Positions 8,559-16,030 of a stretch of DNA of 20,702 nt are shown here, piece by piece. Below the pieces are notes generated by a model. The model was not told where the DNA came from. It searched no databases and worked only from the letters and a program-made list of their open reading frames with translations. This stretch comes from Longimicrobiales bacterium. Lineage in GTDB: Bacteria; Gemmatimonadota; Gemmatimonadetes; Longimicrobiales; Gaopeijiaceae. The position numbers were made by a program, and so were the translations under genes. The stretch covers positions 1-20,702 of the forward strand of contig CBDANQ010000050.1 of assembly GCA_965197725.1 (NCBI GenBank), in the 5' to 3' direction. Position 1 is the stretch's first letter. The number at the start of each line of letters is the position of its first letter.

Positions 8559-9665
8559 ATGCCACGCCGTGCGCTTTCCATCCTTACCGCAGCCACCCTG
8601 TTCGGGGCGTGCTCCGCTGAGCCTCGGGTTCCGCCGCAGGTCGTGCTCGGGGCACCGGAGTCGAGCGAGCTCATCTTTCAGGCGGTGGACGCCGGCACCG
8701 GATCCGCGCTCCGCGACGCCCAGATGACCGTCCGCTATCTGGTGCGCGCGCCGATCACTCTCGATGCGTCTGTGGTGGAGCGCGTTTCGTCGACGGAGCC
8801 ATACCGGATCGCGCACGCGGTCGCCGAGCCCGACTTGGTGGTGGAAGTGCGTCTCGAGGCTATTTCGTATCATCGGATCGACACGGTGCTCTCGGTTCCG
8901 CGCGGTCGATCCGTGGGTCCGTTCACGATCCGGATGGCGAGGCGGCTCGCGCAGACCGCGGAGGCCGGCGGCACGCCGAGCCGGCCCGCAGGTGGACGTG
9001 AAGCTCCGGCGCCCCAACCTGCGACGCCCCAGCCCCGCGAGCCCCAACCCGTGACGACCCAGCCCGGCGCCCTCCCCCCGACCGCCACGATCGACCGTTC
9101 GGCGCTCGATGCGGGCAACCGTGCGTTCGCTCGGAGCGACTGGCTTGCGGCCACGACCGCCTACGAGCGCATGCAGGCGCCTGCGGACGCGTCGAGCGAG
9201 TACGCGCGGGAGTACGCGAGCGCGATGGTCCAGCGGGGCGTCGCGCACATCAATCGTGGCGAGTACGGGGGCGCGCTCGAGGCACTCGAGGCGGCGGTGG
9301 GCTTCGACGATCCCGGCGTCGAGGCGTACTTGCGCCTAGGCCAGGCTCAGTGCGCGGTCGGGCGTGGCGAAGAAGGCCGAGGCAGCTTCGCCACGCTCGG
9401 AAGAGAGGCAAATCGCATGCCGCCGGCTGAGCGGCCCTTCGTGAACTCGATGATCGAGTACCACAAGGGTCTCTGCAGCGAAGGGGACTTCGACCGGGCG
9501 GAGGCGACAATGGACCGCGTGCGCACCGGCGCCGCCGCCATCCGGGAATACGAGGGCTTCCTGGAGCTCGCCGGTGACGTCTCACCGGTCTCGCCGGAGC
9601 TGCAGGCGGCGATCGACGACGCGACGCGGCGAATCGCGGCCGTGCGGCAACGCATCCGCGGCTAG
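8559..9665 (+). CDS. TPR-repeat lipoprotein with N-terminal beta-sandwich (carboxypeptidase-regulatory-like) domain and Pro-rich linker
   Basis: Signal MPRRALSILTAATLFGA-C has a lipobox. AVDAGTGSAL..A.MTV pattern, (xxPQP)x4 linker at ~9005-9065, and TPR-like helices (AMVQRGVAHINRGEYGGALEALEAAV, AYLRLGQAQCAVGRGEEG). Confidence 0.75.
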   Translation: MPRRALSILTAATLFGACSAEPRVPPQVVLGAPESSELIFQAVDAGTGSALRDAQMTVRYLVRAPITLDASVVERVSSTEPYRIAHAVAEPDLVVEVRLEAISYHRIDTVLSVPRGRSVGPFTIRMARRLAQTAEAGGTPSRPAGGREAPAPQPATPQPREPQPVTTQPGALPPTATIDRSALDAGNRAFARSDWLAATTAYERMQAPADASSEYAREYASAMVQRGVAHINRGEYGGALEALEAAVGFDDPGVEAYLRLGQAQCAVGRGEEGRGSFATLGREANRMPPAERPFVNSMIEYHKGLCSEGDFDRAEATMDRVRTGAAAIREYEGFLELAGDVSPVSPELQAAIDDATRRIAAVRQRIRG

Positions 9666-9765
9666 CCGCGATCAACACCTCGCTCTCGAATCGACTCGGA
9701 AACGCCTCGGCGAGTCCGGCGATCGGGTCTGGACCTGAGCGGCCTGGTGCCCGAGAGTGCGAGCC

Positions 9766-11088
9766 ATGAGACACACAGCCGCCATCGTCGTAGCCTTCGT
9801 TCTCCTACTACCGTCCTGGCCGGACGCGGATGGGCATGAGATCCCCGCGGACGTCACCGTGCAAGCGTTCGTCGCGCCGGAGGGCAGCACGCTGCGAGTG
9901 CTGGTACGCACTCCGCTCTTCGCGATGCGTGAATTCGATTTCCCGGAGCGGGCCCCGGGCTACCTACAGATCGCGGAGTCCGACTCGCTGATCCAGGATG
10001 CCGCGATCCAGTGGATCGCGGAGTACATCCGGCTGTACGAAGGCGCGGAGGAATTGCCCCAGCTCGAGCTCGTCGCGGCTCGGATCTCTTCGCCCAACGA
10101 CGCCTCGTTCGCCAGCTATGAAACCGCGCTGGCGAACGTGAGATCACCGCCGCTGGGCGAAGCCGTGGAGCTACCGCCGGCGCAGGCGTTGCTCGATGTG
10201 CTCTTCGAGGTCCCGATCGCATCCGATCAGTCCGAATTCTCGATCGATCCGCAGTTGGCCCAGCTCGGGCTGCGTACCGTCACGGTGCTGCGATTCGTGC
10301 CTGCGGGAAGGCCGGAGCGCGTCTATCAGTACACGGGCACTCCGGGGCGCGTCCGACTCGACCCGCGTTGGTTCCAGGCCGCGTTCCGATTCGTGGTTCT
10401 CGGCTTCGAGCACATTCTCGACGGTCTCGACCACCTCCTCTTCCTCTTCTGCTTGGTCGTGCCCTTCCGGAGCTTCTGGGCGCTCGTGCCGATCGTCACG
10501 TCGTTCACCGTGGCGCATTCGATCACGCTGATCGCCGCCGCGCTCGGCCTGGCGCCTAACGCACTCTGGTTTCCGCCTCTCATCGAGACCCTCATTGCGC
10601 TCTCGATCGTGTTCATGGCGTTCGAGAACATCCTCGGTGCGACGCTCAATCGCCGGTGGCTCATCGCGTTCGGCTTCGGACTGATCCACGGATTCGGTTT
10701 CTCGTTCGCGCTCTCCGAGTCGTTGCAGTTCGCGGGCGCGCACCTGTTGACCTCGCTCTTCTCCTTCAACATCGGCGTCGAGCTGGGTCAGCTAGTCGTG
10801 CTCGCCATCACCGTTCCGGTCCTGGCTCTACTCTTCTGGAAGGTTCTGCCGGAAGTGGGAGGCACGGTCGTGCTCTCAGCTATGCTAGCCCACACGGGGT
10901 GGCACTGGATGACCGAGCGAGGGGGAGGGCTCTTGCGCTACGACTTCCGCGTGCCCGCGCTCGATGCCGCGTTCGGCGCGACACTCCTTCGATGGATGAT
11001 GCTCCTGCTCATCGTGGGTGGGGCAGCCTGGCTGTTGCGCCTCTCCTTCGCCTGGTTGCACGCCCGCCGGCCGGCCGACGTGCTGTAG
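9766..11088 (+). CDS. HupE/UreJ-family (HupE_UreJ_2-type) membrane protein with N-terminal exported domain
   Basis: GFEHILDGLDHLLFL, SFTVAHSITL, FGLIHGFGF and FNIGVELGQ signatures. Signal peptide followed by His (ADG-HEIP). ATG 9766 preferred over GTG 9757. Confidence 0.85.
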   Translation: MRHTAAIVVAFVLLLPSWPDADGHEIPADVTVQAFVAPEGSTLRVLVRTPLFAMREFDFPERAPGYLQIAESDSLIQDAAIQWIAEYIRLYEGAEELPQLELVAARISSPNDASFASYETALANVRSPPLGEAVELPPAQALLDVLFEVPIASDQSEFSIDPQLAQLGLRTVTVLRFVPAGRPERVYQYTGTPGRVRLDPRWFQAAFRFVVLGFEHILDGLDHLLFLFCLVVPFRSFWALVPIVTSFTVAHSITLIAAALGLAPNALWFPPLIETLIALSIVFMAFENILGATLNRRWLIAFGFGLIHGFGFSFALSESLQFAGAHLLTSLFSFNIGVELGQLVVLAITVPVLALLFWKVLPEVGGTVVLSAMLAHTGWHWMTERGGGLLRYDFRVPALDAAFGATLLRWMMLLLIVGGAAWLLRLSFAWLHARRPADVL

Positions 11089-11110
11089 CACAGGGCCGCG
11101 GCCGGGCTCC

Positions 11111-12745
11111 CTAGAACTCGCGCCAGTCGCGCTCCAGAACCTTCTGGTACACCTCGCTCCTCGCGAAGAGCTCGACGATGTCTGGTTCGAGCGCGCCTTC
11201 TTCAGCCTCCCATCGGAGGATCTGCAGTGCCTTCTCCACCGGGATCGCCTTCTTGTAGGGGCGGTCGGACGCGGTGAGCGCGTCGAAGATGTCGCACACC
11301 GTCATGATGCGGGTCTCGAGCGAAAGCTGTTCACGCGAAACCCCGTCGGGGTACCCTTTGCCGTTCAGCTTCTCGTGATGGCCACGTACGATCTCCGCGA
11401 TGCGGGAGAGCTCGTCGGTCCAAGGGATGTTGACGAGAAAGTTGAACGAATGCATGACATGCGACTCGATCTCCGCCTCGTCGAGGGTACCCCGTTTGAT
11501 GGAGAGATAGTGTAGCTCGTCGGGCGTGATGTAGGTCCGCTCGTTGCCGTCAGGATCAGTGAACGCCCGCTGGGCGATTTCGCCTAGAACACCGGCCGCC
11601 TCCTCGTCCAGGACCCGCGGGATGTTGGCCTCCCGGACCGCCTCGCGGTATTGGCCCAGGGTGTCGAGATCTTCTGCCAACTTCGCTTCGATTGCCGCGA
11701 CCTGCTCGGCTGCGCCCTCCGGGCCCTTTGCTTGCAGCACATCTGTCTTGGCGACCGCCGCGTCGGCTTCGAGCGTCTTTTTGATGAGATCGAAACGGCC
11801 GTTGACATGCGCTCCCATCAGGGGAGGCAACTTCTCCTCCTTCACCAACGTGGCCTCGCGCACCCCGATCTTGCCGAAATCGTGCAGGAGACCCGCGTAG
11901 CGGAGCTGCTTCATCTCTTCGGGCGTGAAGCTTACGTCCGCGAACGGTCCCTCGGTCTCCTGGCTGATCAGCGCCGCGGTGTCACAGGTGAGTTCGGTCA
12001 CCCGCACGGAGTGCCCCGAGGTGGCCGGATCCCGATGCTCGATCGCGGTCACGCTCGCCTTGATGAAGCCCGCGAGCAGATTTTCTATCGCTTGGTAGAG
12101 GTGACCGTTTTCGATGGAGACCGCGGCCTGACCGGCGAGAGATGCGACGATATTCACCTCGCTCTCGGTATACGGCAGGACCCATTGATCCGAGTCCTCC
12201 TCCGTGCGAATCTCGGCGTCTGAATCACTCTTACGGTTGATGAGCTGCAAGACGCCGATCGTCTTGTGCTTGTGGTCGACCATCGGCATTACGAGCATCG
12301 ACTTCGCACGGTACCCATGCACGTCGTCGAACGCCGCCTTGTTGAACGAGTACGGCGCTTCCTCCGGGATCTCGTAGGCGTCCTCGATGACCAACGGCTT
12401 GCCGGTCAGCGCCGCGTGCCCCGCCAAGCTCGTGTCGTCGAGCGGAAGCTTGAGATCGGGGGAGCCGAGGTGGGGAAGGGTGTCGTTCTGAGCGCGCAGG
12501 AAGTGGAGGAAGTCGCTCCCATCCTCCCCTTCCTCGACCAGATACAGCGAGCCTGCGTCCGAAGCCGTCAGCGCACGGGCCTGCGTCAGGATGATCCCTA
12601 ACAGCCTCGCGGGATCGCGCTCGCTCATCAGCGCCATCCCGATCTTATTCAGCTCCCGGAGCTCTCGCCGGGCCTGCTCGAGTTCCTCGCGAGTCTGCTC
12701 AAGCTGTCGCGGTAGTGCCGCGTCCGCCCCCCCTGCTTCGCTCAT
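11111..12745 (-). CDS. GAF + HD-GYP metal-dependent phosphodiesterase with ~110-aa helical insertion (~544 aa)
   Basis: GAF domain (DAGSLYL…KSMLVMPM…GVLQLINRK), then RDPATSGHS, LLHDFGKIG, HHEKLNGKGYP, CDIFDALT and RPYKK. True start is ATG 12745, overlapping the upstream stop (ATGA, 12742-12745); the ORF-track extension to 13129 is spurious. Confidence 0.9.
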   Translation of the reverse strand: MSEAGGADAALPRQLEQTREELEQARRELRELNKIGMALMSERDPARLLGIILTQARALTASDAGSLYLVEEGEDGSDFLHFLRAQNDTLPHLGSPDLKLPLDDTSLAGHAALTGKPLVIEDAYEIPEEAPYSFNKAAFDDVHGYRAKSMLVMPMVDHKHKTIGVLQLINRKSDSDAEIRTEEDSDQWVLPYTESEVNIVASLAGQAAVSIENGHLYQAIENLLAGFIKASVTAIEHRDPATSGHSVRVTELTCDTAALISQETEGPFADVSFTPEEMKQLRYAGLLHDFGKIGVREATLVKEEKLPPLMGAHVNGRFDLIKKTLEADAAVAKTDVLQAKGPEGAAEQVAAIEAKLAEDLDTLGQYREAVREANIPRVLDEEAAGVLGEIAQRAFTDPDGNERTYITPDELHYLSIKRGTLDEAEIESHVMHSFNFLVNIPWTDELSRIAEIVRGHHEKLNGKGYPDGVSREQLSLETRIMTVCDIFDALTASDRPYKKAIPVEKALQILRWEAEEGALEPDIVELFARSEVYQKVLERDWREF

Positions 12746-13677
12746 CGCATCAACGCGTCGGCTTTGTCGAACGCCGCACGGGCCTCCGCTTCGTAGCCCA
12801 GAACATTCAGGATCTCCCCCTTGAGCAGATACATGTCCGCGCTCATTTCGCCTTGACCTTCGATACCGATCATTGCCTCTCCGGCGTCGTAGAAGAGTCC
12901 GAGGTCGCGGAACGCGACGACCGTCAGAAAGAGCCCATCGGACATCGGATCGAGGCCGAATTCCTCGATCTCGTCCATGAACTCGCTGAGCTGTGCGAAC
13001 TCGGGGATGTCGATCACCCGGAATTCCTGCTGGGGCAGCGCTCGCCCGCCCCGACGTCCGCCCACGAAGACCGTCCACCCATACGTGGCGCCGAACTCGA
13101 GTGCCGGAAGGTCGTCGGTGTATGTCCACGTCGTGTCGGTGCCCGCGTCGAAGACCTCGGGTCGGCCACCCGCGGTGTTGCGGAGCATCAGCTCATAGGT
13201 CTGTCCCGGCGTAGCGGTCCAAGCGAAGGTGGGACGGTCCGACTGCACCGTAAGCCCGTTCCGAGGCGAGACCAGCGTGGTCTGGCCTGGAATCGGTCTG
13301 ATCATGCCTTGGCGCGCGGCTGCGCCGCCACCAGAGCGTGCGTCGGACGTGGCGGCTTGGGCCAACACCCCGATCGTGCGGGCCATCACGCTCGAGCTGC
13401 TGGCGCTGGGAGCGTCCTCGATGATGGTGTTCTGCGCTACGATCCGCGCGGCGCCGGTCCGAGTGACCAGGACGACTCGTCCCCCGTCACCGGGGAGGAT
13501 CTCGTCTCCAACCTCCAGCCTTTGGCCCACCGTCGCTGGCTCGGGATCCCTCCCCGACACTCGAATCTGAACCGGGCCCTCGAAGCTGGCGACCAGAGCC
13601 GCAGGCATGTTCTGCGCACCGAGGGGCGCCACCGAGATCAGACCGGCGAGGATGGCGATATCTATGAGCTTCGGCAT
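12742..13677 (-). CDS. Exported hypothetical protein: FecR-like N-terminal beta region, Gly/Arg linker, DUF928-like region, C-terminal TPR-like helices (~311 aa)
   Basis: Sec signal MPKLIDIAILAGLISVAPLGA-Q with GGAG RBS before ATG 13677. G.V.I…A.VGQRL..GD.I pattern, LVSPRNGLTVQSDRPTFAW, and YLLKGEILNVLGYEAEARAAFDKA. Domain names are by eye, not searched. Confidence 0.7.
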   Translation of the reverse strand: MPKLIDIAILAGLISVAPLGAQNMPAALVASFEGPVQIRVSGRDPEPATVGQRLEVGDEILPGDGGRVVLVTRTGAARIVAQNTIIEDAPSASSSSVMARTIGVLAQAATSDARSGGGAAARQGMIRPIPGQTTLVSPRNGLTVQSDRPTFAWTATPGQTYELMLRNTAGGRPEVFDAGTDTTWTYTDDLPALEFGATYGWTVFVGGRRGGRALPQQEFRVIDIPEFAQLSEFMDEIEEFGLDPMSDGLFLTVVAFRDLGLFYDAGEAMIGIEGQGEMSADMYLLKGEILNVLGYEAEARAAFDKADALMR

Positions 13678-13738
13678 TGGCTTCTCCACTTAATGGACCG
13701 AAGACCGCACGCAGCGAGCGAGGCCCTCCTCTAATCTT

Positions 13739-15977
13739 CTACTTCACGCTCCTTCGCACCACAAAATCCCAGTCGGCCGCGGGCGGGTCGGCGACATGAT
13801 CCGCGCACCGAGCGGCCTAAACTCGGCTCGGCCCGTCGTCCGGACACGCCTCCAGCGCGGCGCGAAAGTGCGCCCGCGCGCTTGTCCACTCGTGCTGCTT
13901 GTACGCGGCCATGCCCCGTTCGTAACTGGAGATCGCATCTTCCTTCGAAGGCGCCAGCTCGACGCCGGCCAGTTCGAGGACCTCGTACACCCTCACCGGC
14001 TCCTCCTTGCCCTTCACCGCGAGCAGGTCGAGCTCGCGCACGCGGAAGGCAGCTGCGTCGGCGGTATCGAGCGTGAACTCGGAGCACATGGTGAGTGTAT
14101 CGTATGACTTGTTCGCCGGCTCGAGGCGCGCCGCGAGGTTGACAGCGTCGCCGATCGCGGAATAGTCGAAGCGGTTTTCTCCGCCGACGTTGCCGACCAC
14201 TACCTCGCCTGTGTTCACGCCGATGCGCACCACCATGTCTTCGTGGTCGGGGTCGTCCGCTCGCCAGCGCGCATTGAGCTCGGCCATCTTCCGCTGCGAC
14301 AACACCATGGCGCGGAGCGCGCGGTCGGCGTGATCGGGCAGGTCCTTGGGCGCATTCCAGAACGCCATGATCGCGTCGCCGATGTACTTGTCGAGCGTGC
14401 CGCCCTCGTCCATTACGACCGCGGTCATCTCGGTGAGGTAGTCATTGAGCCTGGTGATCAGTTCCTGCGGGTCCAGGCGTTCGGAGAGCGTCGTGAAGCC
14501 CCTCAAATCCGAGAAGAGCAGCGAAAGAGGGCGCTTCTGCCCACCGAGCTGGAGCAGCTTGGGTGTCTCCGCGATATCAGCCACGACCTCCGGCGACACG
14601 TACATCCCGAAGGCGCTCTTGATGAAGCGCTTCTCCCGGCCCTCGACCACCGACACGTAGGCAACGGAACCCAAGTACGAGAACGCGATCGTCAGCACCG
14701 GGACGACGATCGGAACCCAAAGAAACCGGGTGCCGAAAGTCACCCAGGGCTCATCGCCGGTGATGTACATGCCGCCCTGCCAAGCCCACAAGGCGAGGGC
14801 GGTCGCACCCAGTACGCAGAGGACGGCGGCGACACTGCCCCAGCTGGCGCCGCGAGCGAACGTGGCCGCCGCGACGACGAGCCCGAGCACAAGCATGAGC
14901 ATCAATTGCCCGACTGCACTCAGGCGGCCGACGTATTCGGCGTCCAACATGTTCTGCAGAGAGTTGGCGTGAATCTCGATGCCATACATCCAGCCATAGG
15001 GACCGGCCGTCGAGTCCGTCGAGTCGGCTCCCGGGAGCGGTGCGTCGAAGAACGACGTCCGGAACTTGTCCTCGTCGTGGAAGCCGGTCCCCATCAAGAC
15101 GATCTTGTCACGGAATGCCTCGGGCACGAACGTCGCAACGGTGGCCGCGGTACTGCTCGCGTAGGCTTGGAAGGTCCCCTTCGGCACCGGGCTACCGATC
15201 GTACGGGTTGGTGGCCCGTGGTAGTGGACCGGGTACTCGACCAGATAGTCGGACCCGCCGTCGACCCACCATTCGTCCGGCACATCGCCCAGTGGCGGCG
15301 AAAGCCCATCGAGCGCAATGCGTCCCGTTCGCCGGCCTTGGAGTAGCAGCGAATCAACGTCGATGCCTCTCTGGTTCGCGTACATCGCCAATGCGAAGCT
15401 CGGCTCCAACCTTTCTCCCGAGCGGACGGCGAGCGTAGCGTTGCGAGACGTCTCGAACGCTGTAGGCAGTTCGGCCGCTCCAATATCGGCGGCTACGTCC
15501 GCGAAGAAGCGGTGAGGTGGCGCCAGCACGGGACCAGCTTCCGTGAGGGGCGTGGGCGCAGCGAGGATGACGTTTGCCGGCGGCTGCGATCGCGGCGCGT
15601 AGACGACGGTCCCCGTCGATCTGCTCGGGCGTGAACTCGTACAGCCTGTCGAGGTAGACGTCGATCCCGATTGTTCGCGCGCCCGCACCGGATACGGCTT
15701 CGACGAGCCCGGCTAGCACCGCGCGAGGAAACGGCACGAGGTACGGCCACTGCTCTACCGAAAGGGAGTCGAACAGGATCAGTACGATCTCGCTCTCTCG
15801 GTTCAGTCCCTCGGAGTCGTCCTGGAACGACTCGGGCGTCGTCCGTTGCCGTATGTCCAGTGTCAGCGGCTCGAGTTGTCGGATGCCGGTGAGCCCGCCC
15901 GTGACCTCAGCGAGCAACGCGGCGCCGACCGAGGCCAAGACGATGAGCGCCAGGGCCACGAGCCGCTGGTACTTCAC
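13739..15977 (-). CDS. CHASE2-domain membrane class III adenylate/guanylate cyclase; apparent +1 frameshift at 15573-15575 and in-frame TAG at 13817-13819 (~745 aa reconstructed)
   Basis: N-terminal TM and CHASE2 motifs (WP...PR..LA.LV…GA..IGIDV, FRDKIVLMG, MYGIEIHAN.L..ML), then 3 TMs. Cyclase motifs FSDLRGFT, LDKYIGDAIMAFW, RIGVNTG, YSAIGDAVNLAARLE and VKGK. Removing one T joins AAIAAAG to NVILA. The frame continues past the TAG as AARCADHVADPPAADWDFVVRRSVK*. Confidence 0.88.
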
Positions 15978-16030
15978 CGCGACTCCCGGCCCCGACGGCC
16001 AGCCCAGGGCCGACGCAATGCCGGCATGCG

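Noticed and set aside
7387..8727. 446-aa plus-strand ORF opposite the kinase
   Set aside because: Antisense shadow of a clearly real gene.
12746..13129. N-terminal extension of the HD-GYP ORF in the track
   Set aside because: Arg-rich off-frame overlap with the upstream gene; the ATGA-coupled start at 12745 is far more plausible.
13817..13819. Pyrrolysine or stop-codon reassignment as the explanation for the in-frame TAG
   Set aside because: Several genes here terminate at TAG at their expected ends, and the position corresponds to a Tyr codon one substitution away.
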